Origin: Azolla caroliniana
Taxonomy: Eukaryota; Plantae; Polypodiophyta
DNA: 64,000 bases
NCBI GenBank assembly: GCA_043228905.1
Contig: JBHGNT010000004.1
Span: forward strand, 558,001 to 622,000
Reading direction: 5' to 3'
Shown: positions 40,279-55,900 of the stretch, one piece after another
Layout of the letters: each line of letters opens with the position of its first letter
How positions within the stretch are numbered: position 1 is the stretch's first letter
Notes under the pieces: generated by a model
Told to the model about the DNA's origin: nothing
Databases searched by the model: none
What the model saw: only the letters and a program-made list of their open reading frames with translations
Program-made: the position numbers and the translations under genes

Positions 40279-43200
40279 ATGGGGCTGCGCAGAGTGGCTA
40301 GCACTCCCAAAAGTAACCGAAAATACTATGTCCTCGTACTCGGAATCTTCTGCATATCGATTTCAACGCCATTACTCTTCTTCTCTAACCAAGGAGGAAC
40401 TCTCATCTTCAGTTCTGGTAATGTATTCCCCCCGAAATGCCCTATCAATCTTCCAATTTAATTCGGGTTGCTTCTTCATCAACAAGATGTTTTTTTCATC
40501 ATGCTTTTTAGGTCAAAGAGACTTCATCGATTCGACGGAAAATGCTTTAGTGAGTAGATTTTTTTTTTTTATGTCATACTGATATACCTTAAGTTTATTA
40601 AGATGTCCATTGCTATGGTAGATAACTTGAACAAGTTCATTGGCTGGTCTAGGGTTCACCATGTGAATATAGTTCTTGTGGATAGCCTAGTTATAGTCAT
40701 GGAATCATAGAAAAACTATGACTACTCTATTTCTGGCATTGATCATACTATAAAGAGCTGGGTGGTGAACCTTAGCTACTTGTTTCTGGTGGACTGACAA
40801 AGCTTAAGATGCAGACATTCATTAATCTCAGTTTCATTGCTGCACCAGATACGAGGAGAACATCTCACTAATAGTATCGAGCAGATCGAGAACATATTTC
40901 CGAAGGAGGTAAGAATGATATTATTATGAGCATGAAACAATGAAATATGTTTTCACGAATTAAGTTTCAATTACTAAGATGTAACCTTAACTGGCACTAG
41001 GTTATTGAGACTATCTTATCGAACATTGAGGATGCTGGGTCTCTGAGCCGCGAGAAAGCTCACAGGCAAAGATTGTCATCATCATGGGTAACTGAAAATC
41101 CTGTGTCTCCGTTGATAGGTTCATCACAGGTGTGCTTTTCTTGAGCTTTTCTAAAGCTTAGTATATTAGGTGATTTACTTTATCTATTTGATTGACAAAG
41201 ATAAACGAGCCTAGTAATGCTGGCAAAATCGGCACAAACTCTGAGTTAAGCATCGGAAAGCTGACTGGTAAAGCTGGTGGAGCTGTAATGGGGGAAAATC
41301 TAGTTGAAAATTTAGATGCTCTTGAAGGCAAGATAACAAGCCACCCTCTTTAGCTACTTTCCCATTTGGTCTACCTGTTGTAACCACATTTGTACACACT
41401 TTGTATCTGCAGAAGTAGCAAAAGATCATAACCCAGAGAATACACCTGGTGGCAACCAGCTCAGTGCACCTGATGACAAGGTCAGCCCTGTACAAGATGC
41501 CAGGCGTGTAAGTCACCTTCTTCTAACAATTTTGTTGGAAATGAATGTTTTTTTTACTAATGGACGATTCCTATCTGTTTCCTTATGCATCGTCACAGTT
41601 ATATATTGATGTTTTGAATCAACGCAATAGATATGGATTCTCCATAACATAATGTTTTCTTTAGGATTCTCCAAGGGTTTCTTCATTGTCTATTAATGGC
41701 GAATCTGCATTGAACCAATGTTTTCCAAGGGTTTCTTTTGAATCTGCATTGACTTCTTACACAGTTTGTGTTCTTATGTGTAGAAAATGCGAATGGAAAG
41801 AACGGTGAAGCGCTTGAGAGATCTTACTCAAGAGAATGATGGAACTGCACCCAAATTGGACGAGGTGCTTACAGAGAGGTCCAAAAGTGTAAATAGTGGC
41901 AGCGTTTTAAGCAAATACAGTATATGGAGGAGGGATACTGATGAGAATTCGGATTCCCTTGTGAGATTGATGCGGGATCAGCTGATAATGGCTAGAGTCT
42001 ATTCTAGCATAGCTCAATCACACAAGCAACCTCGCTTATTGAACGATTTAAGGCAGCGCATCAAGGAGAGTCAGCGGACACTTGGAGAAGCAAATACTGA
42101 TGCAGATTTGCAGCCCCGCAGGTTTGGATGTTTGTGCAACCGATATTTCATGATTTTGGTGAAATTGCATTGAGTGGATTGCTTGAGAAACTACTTTATT
42201 TCTATTTTTATTTGATACATCCGATAGACATGGCTGAAGGCACTCTTAACCTACATGTGACATAGTTCAACTTTAATAGTGACATAATGTATAGCATCTA
42301 TATACCATTTTTCATAATAATATGTAGCCACATACATTTAACAATATAATTGTTATGTGTTTCTTTATTTTCCTTATAGCTGTTGAATGCTAAAATTGAT
42401 CAATCCAAGTTTTTATTTTTCTTCTTACATTTTATTTGGTGTTTGTTTCAGTAGTCATAAGTTATAACATGTTTGTTTTGATAGTGTTTCAGTGCCTCTG
42501 AAAGAATCAAGGCTATGGGACAAACACTCACAATTGCGAGACAGAAACTATATGACTGTCCGGGCATAACTAAAAAGCTAAGGGCGATGCTACAGTTATC
42601 TGAAGAGCAAACACATGTATTAAAGAAGCAAAGTACCTTTTTGAGCCAATTAGCAGCAAAAACGCTTCCCAAGGGAATACACTGTCTGTCAATGCGGCTG
42701 ACAATTGAATACTACAAACTAACTGAGGATGAAAGAGAATTCCCTGGCCAGGCTAATCTTGAAGACACTAATCTTTTCCATTACGCCTTATTCTCTGATA
42801 ATGTTCTTGCCGCTTCAGTGGTAGTTAATTCAACCATTCTTGCTGCTAAGGTAAATTATAACCATAGGTATATGTTACCTATTTGCTAGGTAATCATAAT
42901 ATCTTACTTTCAACCCAATGTCATCTTTGTTAGCTTTCTCATAGGATATGCTGTTCATTTTTAAGAGATGTTAATATTCTTTCTTTCTTTTGTCAAAATT
43001 GTGATGCTTAAGATCTTTATATGCTCATATTCTCGGAATTGCTTTACCAGGAGCCATGGAAGCACGTTTTTCATCTTGTAACTGACAAGCTAAACTATGC
43101 TGCAATGAGAATGTGGTTCCTAACAAATCCTCCAGGAAATGCCACTATTGAGGTGCATAATATTGATGATTTCAAATGGCTTAATTCGAGCTATTGTCCT

Positions 43201-44212
43201 GTTCTAAGGCAGCTAGAATCAGCTGCGATGAAAGAGTACTATTTCAAAGCAGATCATCCAACTACATTAGCAGCCGGCTCATCCAGCCTCAAGTACCGAA
43301 ACCCCAAATATCTCTCGATGTTAAATCACCTTCGCTTTTACCTCCCAGAGGTCTACCCAAAGCTTCATAAAATCCTCTTCCTAGATGATGACATTGTAGT
43401 ACAAAAGGATTTAACTCCTCTCTGGAGTGTGGATCTACATGGCAAAGTGAATGGTGCGGTAGAGACATGTGGGCATAGCTTCCATCGGTTTGATAAGTAC
43501 CTCAACTTCTCGAACCCACATATCAAGAAGAACTTTGATCCGAATGCATGTGGGTGGGCATATGGCATGAACATCTTTGATCTGCAACAATGGAAGATCA
43601 AAGATATCACAGGCATCTACCACAAGTGGCAAGATATGGTAAGAGAATGTGGAGTGAACTGATCATAAGAAATGAATGCTATCTTCACAGTCAATAACTT
43701 TGTTTTTGTTTGTTAACTAGCTAAACTGACTGTTTCTGGTGTGCTAACTTTTAGTGTTTTTTAAAATTCAACTAATTTAACTAACTAATTTTTAACTGAC
43801 ATAATTGATTTGGCTGGTGCTTTTTAACTTGACTGATTGTTTGAACTAAATTAACAGCTTTCTTAAAACTTGCTTAACCAACTTTGCTTCTGTTTTCAAC
43901 TAACTTAATCCATGTTTTGTACTCACCTACTTGGTCTAGAATGAAGACAGAGTCCTTTGGAAGCTTGGGACGTTACCACCGGGACTCATCACATTCTACA
44001 ACTTGACCCATTCTCTCGACAAATCGTGGCATGTGTTGGGCCTAGGCTATAACCCGAGTGTGGATCGTGGCGAGATTGAAGGTGCGGCTGTGATTCATTA
44101 CAATGGGAACATGAAACCTTGGTTGGAGCTTGGTATGTCAAAGTATAAGAGCTACTGGACGAGGCATGTAACATATGAGCACCCATTCCTACAGCAATGC
44201 AATATCAGTTAA
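40279..44212 (+). CDS. GAUT: Homogalacturonan alpha-1,4-galacturonosyltransferase (GT8, GAUT1/GAUT3-like)
   Basis: Exons about 40279-40417, 40512-40549, 40849-40908, 41001-41118, 41413-41507, 41784-42121, 42493-42850, 43051-43638, 43940-44212. Type II TM anchor; HYALFSDNVLAASVVVNST, FLDDDIVVQKDL, WKLGTLPP, HYNGNMKPW. 5'-UTR exon ends at 39262. The N-terminal exon junctions are less certain. Confidence 0.95.
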
Positions 44213-46984
44213 GTTGGGAGGAGTGGCTTGAAATGATGCTATATACCTTACGTATCATGGATTCACAAGTTGTTTTTCCTTTTTTTTGTTTCATTTCCTT
44301 TGATGGGGATATTTTCAGCCTCAACTTCCCATTGATATATGTGAAAGATTTTTGAAGGCATATCTAGTGAATCCTCTCCTTCACTCTTCTCATTCTCTAT
44401 AGCTGATTAGTCCAAGGCATCAGACTCAACTTCTTGTTCTCATCCATTCGTCATGTTTGGACCCCACAAACACTGATATATCATCATTATCTACCTCAAT
44501 AGTGTACTACTGGCTAGATTCTTTGTCCATGGCATTTCATGGCTTTTATACAGCCTTGTTTCCTTTTGTTTTGTGCAATTTGTGTCGACCCACCATGCTT
44601 TGTAGAGGCACTCCAAGATCAAAACTCAATGGTGAAAGCCTCAATTTTTATTTTTGTTGTTGCTTAATTGCTTTATCTTTTTAGAGCATTGTATCAGTAT
44701 CCAGCACATCCACATTAAAGTGTCTTTTGTTATGTTTTTGAAGAAATATTGTTGTGTCTGATCATTGATGTCTCTTTCTGCTTCATAATGTGGATATGTT
44801 CGTTCGTCTACTTAAAAAAGAACATGCTCATGGGCATTACCTGGGTCTGGTCTTATGAAGTCTGACCTTGAACAATTTTAACAGATGTGCATGCAAAGAA
44901 AGTAAGGCTCATGTTTTTTATGTTATTAATAGATGTTAAGAGCATTTTGTAAGAGCTTGAAGGTTATCATAGAAGCACTTGAGCTGTTTGTAATGGCTTG
45001 TGCTTCATGAGCCATATGGTTGTGCATGATAATCTTGAAGGCAATGATTGTACTCGATCAACTTGACAAATTCATAGCGAAGATGTAGTGTTAAACGACC
45101 CTAGTGTTGCCTTTAAATGGAAAAATGTTTCATGAATCTTGATGATTGGTTATATATATATAGTGGCATATGATTATAGTTTTTTGCTGTTAAGATATGG
45201 ATGCAGATTGAACAACTAAATGAATTGTCCACAACATCTGAAGTTCCTACAAGCTGAACAGAAATTCCTTCTACAGAAATTTGACATAGCTTCAGCTATA
45301 ATCTTGATTTTGAAAATGATTTTTACAACATTGGGAGATATTATATGTTTGTGCCCCAACTCATTATATCGAAGTAGCTCCGATGCAATGTCCAAATGGA
45401 AAGCAATACAAAAATTGTTTATAATAAATCAATAAATGAAGGAGCATCTATTTTTTTAAGATATTTTGTGAGATACCTCTTTTTTCAAAAGTTTGCAAAC
45501 AGTTATCCTCTCTTTCTTCTTACCTTTTTTGTAAGATACTTGTGAACACATGGCTTTGCTTCAAAGGATCTCTCTCTCTCTCATGAAAACACACAATTAT
45601 ATTAATAAATGTGTGAAAAACATTACAATGGTACCACAACTAAGTGTTGTCACAGCTCCATGGGGGTGGCACACTAGAACAGTACCACACACACACATCC
45701 CCACCTTCATTGCACCATATAATTTTTCCTAATTTATTAGATTCCATTGCAAAAGACATGGATTCAATCTATAACCTCATGGTCTTTGTAGGATAACCAT
45801 ACCGATTTAGGTCTCTATTGCTCACGTTCCATTACAATGTTATACCCGTAACCATAATAGAATTTGATTTACACCTTTCCTCAATTTAGCTCTATGCCTA
45901 CACACATTTCACTCACAATAATAGGCACCTAGGAAAATGTTCAACATCTAGAGATTCACATAAATTCTATAAACAAGTTTCACATTTTGATCCCATAGGT
46001 GAGCATTTGACCTGTGAGGATGATAGTAGGATCCATTAATTGATCCCTCTCCATAGCTCCATTTGACAAATTCGGAGTATTACATTGCAAATGTTAATCC
46101 TCAATGTTGGGCCCAATGCAAGGTAAAAATGCTAGAATGTATCGGACCACATCTTATTACCCCCATGAGCCTTGGCTCTTGAAGCGTCTTAACACTTCCT
46201 TGAACTTGTTCACTCAAGTTGGTTGTCAAGGTAGCATTGTGGCATCAACACCCAAGTGTGAAGCTATACAATGAAAACATAGTGGAGGATGAATGTCGCT
46301 TATTTCATGCATGCTCAAAGTATTTCACAAATAGTGCAATGGCTTGTTAGATGAGCATGATAATTTAAGTTTCTTACTCAAATCTCCTCAAAGAAGGGTG
46401 AGCATAGATTGTGTGTGCATTACTTTCATGTGGAGAGTTTCAACCACAAAGTAGTAACCCCCTCCTTGGAGAAAAAGCCACATACAAGATGTTCTGAAGG
46501 TCAAGCTTGGCCCTCCTAGTGGATGATAAAAAATATAATGAATTTTATTCTTGACATTTGAGGGCAGTATATCGCTCTGTCTCTACAAATGCATAGAATT
46601 GAGAATAAAAAGGAATTGAGTGGATCACGACTGTTGCTTAGATAGCTCATAGTTGACTTTGCTCAGTATTTTGGAGAAATAATGAGGGCTTAGATAGAGA
46701 CGAGGGTATTTGGAGAAATATAGAAACTGCTAGGGAAAAATTCCTTCATTAGGAAGTGCGGCTAATTATGTAATTTCAGGAAAGAAGGAGCCTGCATTTG
46801 CAGAAGCTCTCCATCCATCTCTGTCTGAGACAGAGAGAAAGAGACGGAGATCTCATCGCTGAGAGAAGCCGAAGAAGAAAGAAAAAAGAAGGAAGAAGAA
46901 GAAGAAGATGAAGATGAAGAGAATGGCAGCTCATGGTCCTATTCTGTGATCTAAAACACACGCACGCACACAACGTGCCCCTCC

Positions 46985-49900
46985 ATGGCTTCCATGCTAT
47001 CTCACCTCCAGTCCCTGAAAAGCTCATGTGATCACCTCGTCGTAGCCAGTAAGTGATTTTCTTGCTTTCTTTTTGCGTTTGTTTTGCTTTTGTTTGTGTT
47101 CTTTTTTTGCCTTTGCGTGCCCTGCTTTTGATCTGCCAAGAGATAGCCATATATTTCTCGCTTGCTCGCTTACAACTGTAAGAAATGTTTATGGCTCTGA
47201 GAAGGATCTGTGAAAACCACACATTTTAAAATTTCTACAATCGCATTGCCAGGTGTGGTGTAAAAATATGTGCTAGTCTGACGAAGGATATTAGAAAGAA
47301 AGGAATTTAAATTTTACCTATCTACATTGTAAGATGCAGAGTAAAAAAATTGTAAATTTGGGTATAAAAAGAATCTCAAGTCCTTAACTACAATAATGGA
47401 AGTGGCATGTAGTTTTGAGAAGGAGCAGAAAAAGAACCTTTGCAGCTTCATATCTACATGAATAGATGGAGAAGGAAAATCATAAATTTTAGAGAATTAT
47501 TTGAATGGATTTGAACTTCATATCCTCATGATAAGATGCATAATGTTACTTGTTTATGGTAGGGAAAGTGGTATGTTTGAGAGCTGGAACTGTTAGGAAG
47601 AAATTTCAGCTATCATGTCCCCATTGTTAGTGTAGATTAAAAACTGATAGGTGTTGGGAAAGACGTGAAAGGAAAGTACAGGGTGAATCACATAGGGCCC
47701 GTGATTATTAAGATCAGAACACAGCTACAAGGAGCATTTACACGGTGAATTATATAGAGGCTGAGACTATTGTAACTAGAGCACTGAGAAAGAAAAGATA
47801 CATGGGGATTTACATATCCACACTTTCAGATACCTACTTAGAACAGTAAAAATAGTAAGTTTGAGAAGGAGCTGGAAAACAAAATTTCACATCCATATTA
47901 TCAGTTGTAGAGTAGAAATAGTAAAATTTGAGAAAGATCCTGAGAGAATTCAAGCTCATATCCAACTTACAGATGTATTATAGAACGTTCATATCCACAT
48001 CATAGTGAGTTTGTGAAAGATTTGAAAGAATTTCAAGTTCATATCAGCATCAGATATTTGCCTTCTTATTGTAGTAAAAGTGGTGGGGTTGAGGGGCAGA
48101 AAACACAATGCTTTTCAGAGATTTCAGAAATGGCAGTTGGACTCTTGTGTATGATTTTCTCAGTAATAATGTCCTTTCGCTAAACAAAAAAGAAAAATTA
48201 GAAGCTTTATTTCTAAATTCTGCCAATGAAAATAGCTTATTGCTAGTTTTTGTATTGCAGTTGAGGATGTGAACGATCTGTGGCCGATTGTGAAAGAAGG
48301 ATTTGAGGCTCGGGTACCCTTCAGGAGAGCATGTCTTACTAGCAAGGCTCGCAATCCCGTTACATTGGATAGGTTGCCAGTGGAATACATCCTCACCACT
48401 GATTCACGACTGCGAAGCCGAATTCCACATGAACAAACTGCATTCTGGTTTCATGAACCATATGCCACAGTAGTTCTTGTAACTTGTGAGGTATTCTGAC
48501 TTATAACAAAGTGTCAAAAAGTTTTCCATATCTCAATGAAGTTTGGAATTGTGTGGCATTTATGAATATTTCATATGGGTCCTGAATGTATAATGTATGT
48601 AGCACACTAGCGAATATAAATCAGGGAATGTTTGTTGGACTTGAAATATGTGAATCATAAGATACTCTAGAGCCATCTGCTAACTTTGGCAAATTATGTG
48701 AAACAAACTAGAATCTTCATACCCCTCAAAATATGTGAATCTTAAGATAATCTAGAGCCATCTACTAACTTCGGGAAAATGATGTGAAACAAACTAGAAT
48801 GGTCACACTTATTTTTTCTGGAGCAATACACTCAATTTCTGTTCATTGATAAAATCCTTATGGTTTCTATGACTATTTCATATGGGTCCTGAATGTATAA
48901 TGTATGTAGCACACCAGCGAATATAGATCAGGGAATGTTCGTTGGACTTGAAATATGTGAATCATAAGATACTCTAGAGCCATCTGCTAACTTTGGCAAA
49001 TTATGTGAAACAAACTAGAATCTTCATACCCCTCAAAATATGTGAATCTTAAGATAATCTAGAGCCATCTACTAACGTCGGGAAAATGATGTGAAACAAA
49101 CTAGAATGGTCACACTTATTTTTTCTGGAGCAATACACTCAATTTCTGTTCATTGATAAAATCCTTATGGTTTCTATGACTATTTCATATGGGTCCTGAA
49201 TGTATGATATATGCAGCAAACCTGCGAATATAAATCAGGGAATGTTCGTCGGACTTGAAATATGTGAATCATACGATACTCTAGAGCCATCTGCTAACTT
49301 TGGCAAATTATGTGAAACAAACTAGAATCTTCATAACCCTCGAAATATGTGAATCTTAAGATAATCTAGAGCCATCTACTAACTTCGGGAAAATGACGTG
49401 AAACAAACTAGAATGGTCACACTTATTTTTTCTGGAGCAATACTCTCAATTTCTGTTCATTGATAAAATCCTTATGGTTTCTATGACTCTTCCCTTGCTT
49501 TGTCTTGGGGAACTTCCTTGAGTCAAGTTCTTACATAACTATAGGACCTCCCTTGAATGTCTTTGAAATGCTAGCCACTTGGTTTGAGACAACACTCTCA
49601 CCAAGGCCTTGTTTCTAATCCCCTGCTACTTGTCACGTATATTTACATGTGCACATGCACGTCTGGTTCTCTTCCTCAAAGTATTCTCTTGGCTAATGAG
49701 ACTGACAGCTACACTATGCTCCCTAGCAGATTGCATAGTCATTTTTATTGGTTATCCCTTAATATTGATGCTTAATTTAATGGTTTTCTCTGATTCTTAC
49801 TGTCAATGTTGTCCTGTAAGCTGCATTGGCATCTCATAGAACATTATGACCTTTTAGAGGTGTTATTTAATCTTTCTTTCACTCACTCTATAAATATAGA

Positions 49901-52900
49901 AGTGAAGGAGCCATCTTTCATTCTCTGCCTAAATCATACCCTAGATTCTAAGTCTTTATGGATGTAGCTAATGAGAAAATAAGATGATAATTTATTAATG
50001 TTTTAAATCAGGATCTTGATGAGTATAAGACTATCCTGAAGCCACGTTTGAAGTTGATTACCCAAAATGAGGAACAGGAATGGTTCATTGTCTTTGTTTC
50101 CAAAGCTCAACTAGCTAATGATCAAGCAGGGAAGCAGATAAAAAAAATATATGGAAAACTCGAAGTAGATTTCAGCTCCAAAAAGAGGGAGAGGTATATT
50201 ATTGAACAGTTTTCTTGTATATAAAGTAATGTATGTATGTTAGAAAGTGCTTATAGCTTTTTCTCGCTAATTCTGGCTTCTGGTAGATGCACATTTATTG
50301 CTTTCGCTTTATTCCAATGTCTGATGGTTTCCTTACATTAGGTGTTGTAAATTGGACATGCATGTAGCAGATGCAGCATTCTGGGAAGATGTTGAAAGCA
50401 AGATAGTGGAGTGCATTCGTGTTACTTTAGAAAGGCGTATGCAATTCTATGAAGATGAAATCCGTAATCTAACAGAAAATCGTTTCTCTCGAACTTGGAA
50501 TTTTTGTAACTTTTTCATTCTAAAGGTACTTCCACAAACATTTGCATAAATCGTTAAAAGAATCGATTTTGATTTTGATTGTTGGGTACATAAAACTGCA
50601 GGAGAGTTTGGCATTTATGTTTCAAATGGCTCAACTAGAAGAAGATGCTTTACGAGAGTATGATGAACTGGAACAATGCTATTTGGAGTCAGGTTTCTTT
50701 CTGCTATTTATGTGAATACTGAGTCAATGAAAAGGAAGCATGTGCTCTTTTGAAGTTTACAAAATGCTTACCTACATGATCCATGAATACCTTAATGTAT
50801 CATCACTAAGAACTCTTGGATGCAGAATGTATGGATATTTTATTTACGTCATGTATGGTTGTATGGAATTTCATCCAAGGAAACATGATGCGCCCTGCCC
50901 AATAAGTAGGAATTTCTTTTTGTTCAGGTGCCTCTACAAGATAGTGTGGTAGAAATGTGCTTTCTGCATGGCGTTTTGACAATTGAGCTTTAATTATGCA
51001 AATTTAGGTTTACTAATGTAAAAGAAAGTATTTTCTAATAAAATGATAGAAGGGTGAGGGCCAAATGAAGGGATGGGATCACAACTAAATGTCTGTACCC
51101 AGCAAAAACTTGAGTAAACCACGCCGTCCATCCTGTGCTCTTCCACAAAGGCAGGGGAAGAGAGATGCTGAAGGCCTGAAGTCTCATCAATGTCATCTAT
51201 TCTTTACTATCATAAACAGAAGTACCATAAATACTCTAGATATTTAATGTACAAGTAATTACTAGCACTCAAAATGCATCACTATGAACATTGTCACAAT
51301 ATGATTATTTATTGTTGAAATATACTTGTACATTTTTCATAATTCAAATAATCAGAAGTGTTTTGAATTCATAATATGCCTGCATAATTGATTCATAGAA
51401 AATTGGGTCCTCTTTTCTTACTAGTTTTAAGCACATGTATACCTGCATAATTGATCCACAGAAGATTGGTCTCGCTTTTCGAACTAGTCATTGGATCTTG
51501 ATTTTTTATATTCAGTCATTATAATCTCACATTGTAGCCATTTTTATGTTTCTCTCCTTTTTTCATCATATGAACTACTATATGACTCCCAAATTTGTGT
51601 GATCTCTTGGACTATGTGTTTGAACTATCTCGGAAATAGATTAGTATTTAGGATGTATTGTGTGTTAACGGTATCTACATTTTCAGGTTGTTCCTCCTTC
51701 GTAACGAATCCCAAAGGTGTATGATCAGCTTACATATCAATTGGTCCTGCAGATGTAATACACTGTTTGATTTGTATTAATGATGATCCAATCACAAATT
51801 GCAATGTGCTGCTTCCACCATGTCCATGCTCCTGAATCTGCCCATCACTATACACCATTGTAATTTAGTAATGTGCTGCTTTTGTTATCTGCATTACAAT
51901 TCAATAGTAATGGTTGTAATCTTGTAATCTTTGTCAGGTCTCATAGGTGAGTATGATCTTTTGGAGACGATGATATCTCTCTCTCTTTCATGCTATTAGA
52001 AATAGGTGCTCGGCCCCTAGAGGTACTAGCAAATAAGGGTTGAAGTCTATATACAGTCCCTTCATTAAAATACTACCTGAATTTTGCTATACAATTATTC
52101 TCCGTACAATATAGTATGCCTTGTAGGGTTGAAGTCTATATACAGTCCCTTCATTGATTTAGGACTTCTGGATGCCACGTTGGTGCCTTTTAAAATTAAC
52201 CTGTATCTGTTTGAAGAAACCCGTTGCAAGTTCATAGGTGTTATAGGTCATGTGTTGTTATGGGAATCTCCTCTTTGTTATAATCACTCTTCCATCTCTA
52301 TAGATTGCCCACTTCCCCTCTTTCCTTGCCTCAAGTACATGTGCCATCTTCTCTCTATGGTGAGCCATTTTTTTACCTCTGCTGTAATATTTTTAGACAG
52401 AAAGCCTTTTTTTCCTCATGTCCTCAAACTGTAAGATGAAAGATGAATGCTTTGTGTTGTGAGTCATATTTGTTGTACTGGGAATTTTTTTATGACCCCA
52501 CTTTTGTTGCCTCTGCATCATCTTGTGAGGATCCTTTTGTCCACTTTCCTGCTTTTCGGTTGCTTGCTACAGTGAGCCAAGTAATTTTTTCACATTTCTG
52601 CTGGATTTCTTCGTAGAAGTCCTCAAATTCCACGAGTCATCTTTTTCAACTCCATGTCTGCCATAATATGATATTTTTATGCCCGCATCTCTGTTGCCTA
52701 TACATCCTCTTGTAAAGTTCCATTTTTTTACTATCCAACAACACCCACAGGAAGGGAACCCGCTTTCCCTTTTGCTTCTTTCAAATGTTGCATTCGACAT
52801 GGCCACCTTGTCCATTGGGCACTTTCAGATTCGTTAGCTAATACCATTGAAGTTACCTTTTCTTTTATTAGTTTCCAGGCATCCTTAACTTTACTTCAGA

Positions 52901-55900
52901 GCTCAGAGTTCTATCTTTCATTCTTTAGAATGACATTTCAGTTTTTCAATTTCCACTCCCTTTCCATCTTGTTTTGCATGTCTTCTTTCACAGCATATTC
53001 TTTATCAGATTTCATGTGATTGATCTTTTGACGTAATATATTTCAGTGCATGATCTTTTCTTTGGTTTGCATCTTATTCCACATACATTTTGTGCTCTTT
53101 GAGCACTAATCAGGGTGCTCCCACCCCACTCCTTGCCTTTCTTCATGTGTTTGGGTTTTGATGGGTGACATCTCTTCTTCATGATTGTAGACCTTACCTT
53201 TGCTAGTTGTCCATGGTGTCTAGGTGCTTCATTAAGGTAGAGCAAATGCTTTAACTTCGATCAGGGAAGATTAAAGCAACACACTATAATACCGCAGAGA
53301 TTAGGGCAACAGAGAGTGTATCAAGAGAGGAGTAAGAGCATGCAGATAAAAAATACTTAATGTAGACATTCACACGATAGGGATTACGGCAGCATAGTTT
53401 AGGATTGTAGAGGTTATGTTGTCAGAGATTAGGGCTGCAGATGTTAGACATCCGAGATTAATGAAGCCGATAATTAGTCCATCAGAGGTTAACAGAATGT
53501 GTCACTTTGTTGGTAATTTTTACATCCAGAACCGCTGGAAGCACTGTAAAAAACAAAGTTGTTTTCTATTAACAATGCTATTTCTATCTCCTTCATTGGA
53601 TGTTGAAGTGGGGATTATATTTCTGTAGCATTTTTGTTGCAGAGGAGTAACACATGCATGCAATTACAATTATTCTATGTTATGCGTTGTTTATCTAGTT
53701 TCTATTTAGCTGATTGAGGCCTCTGTAATGCATGGTCCTAAAAGTGGATCAACATTTAGCAGAAATTGCTATATTGTGTGCATTTAATGGTCAATTGTAT
53801 TGATATCACAGATTGAAAATTCTTTATAAAGCCGTCTAATATGTGATTCTTGTTGTTTATAGTCAGTGTATCTACAATGAAACAGAGGAGATTTGGTGGG
53901 CAGGATGCAGGTGATGATTCTTCAGCTATATTGGATCAAAATCGAAAAGGTCTAAGTCAAGTCATTGAAGATGATACATTCCGGGAATTTGACTTCAGAC
54001 AATATATTTTTGCACGTCAAGCTCATGTAAGTGTTAATGATGCACAAACTTGGTTTGGTTTCTCTTTCTACATTTATAATAACTATTCCATAACTTGGTT
54101 TGGTTATTGAACATTGTAAAAGCGTCATAAACTCATTATGAGGTCAATGGAGAACTTTTTTTTTTGTCTTTTAAGCTTCTTGTAACTGTGATTCCTTTCA
54201 AACAAATAGAAGTTCAAGCTTTTATCAAATTTGATAGCTCTCAAGGTTCAGATACTGGAATCTATGTCCTTTTGAGTATGAATGTGCAGAAATCTGGTTG
54301 AGCACACATCACACATGCAACAATACTGTCAACGTTCTCCCATCTTTGTCAATGTCTTGGAGGTCATTCAATCTAGTGGAATTACCCCCCACATCAGAAG
54401 TACAAATGCTTTTGGTTTCTGACCTTTGATGGTAATGATGAATGAAACCAGCCTAATGAATTTCAAGAGGGGCTGTAAAGCTCAAATCAAAGCACCAAAT
54501 TTGCTTATCCTGGAAGAATTTTATAGAAATGAAGAAAGATCTACTTAAGATTTTCACCCATGAAGACTTCATTTCACATCCGAGAGGCTGGAAATTATTC
54601 CTGAACAAAGAATTTGACCCCTTGTTCACCTCATAGACTAGCTCCCCTCTCAGCATTTCTTTCATTGATAATTATTTGAAGGTAGTACAGTTAAGATATA
54701 GCCCAAAGCCTAGAAAACCAGCTAGCCATTGAAGCTTATTTCAGCACTGGAACCCAAATATAGAGCTTCCAAAGTGAGCACGTTAGCAAAGACAGTAACT
54801 CAGCTATGATTCCTACAACCCTCTAACTAGACTCCTGTTTCTTTTCAAAGCTGAATTTTGAGTTTTCATTAAAACACAAGTATTTCTAATTCTGGTAAGT
54901 GTCAACTCTCAAAAATAAATCTTAGCACTCACACTTATACACACTTATAACTATGTGTGTGTGTGTAGGGTGCTACTTCAGTATTCAGTGCACTAACCTC
55001 CACATACATCAGAATCCAATGCTGACCCGACTGACCACAATTGGAAGCACACACATCAGTTAAGTTGGTATTATAAGGCAAAACTTTACAATTGGGCATA
55101 CACACCTCCACACATCAGAATTCAATGTTAACTAAACCAGCAATCAGCTAATCACAGCACTGCCTGTTGTGGTTCCTCTGCTTTACAGATTATTGATCCT
55201 TAAACCTTTAACACTGGCCATGAAAGTCATCTTTGCCCCATGTTTGAAGAATCAAATGAAACTAAAATATTTATTAAAATTGTAATGAAAGTTTAGTAAA
55301 AATGACATCTCCTGGTAACAATGAAGGTATGTTTTTGGATTATATATGAACATAAGCTTGGCATTGTTTTTCTGAAGTATATTGTAGGTATCTCTTTGGG
55401 CATTGTCGTGCAAGGCCATGATCAATTTTGTGTAGAATATTCACATGCCAACATCAACAGAAAAAGACAGTTCCTTAACACTCGTCTTATGTTTTCTAGG
55501 ATGAAATTTATTATGATTTTCTTACTATTTGTATGTGACCAATTAATTATCCAGCAATACAAAGAAGGCAAACGAATTACACAGGGCTATGGTGTACTTT
55601 ATTGCTTTATACAATGAAATTTGATAACCTGCCTTATTGCATGATCAAATTATCAGCATGTCCAAGCTCTACTGTTCAATTTTCTTACTGAATCTTTTAT
55701 TACAGTTACTGTTCGTTCTAGGCCGGGTCATAGATGTTGCTGCCAGGGGGTTATGTTTTATCATCACTTTCTCAAAGGTTTTGTCAGATAATGAGGTGTG
55801 TATTTGGGCTATGATCGCTAATATAAAATTGGGAATGGGGGATCCTTTTACTATACAGACTCTTTATATAACTTTAGTTGCTTTTCTTTCCAGAAAAATA

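Noticed and set aside
48568-49488. CRISPR-like array
   Set aside because: Eukaryotic intron; intervening sequences are repeated rather than unique spacers; no cas genes
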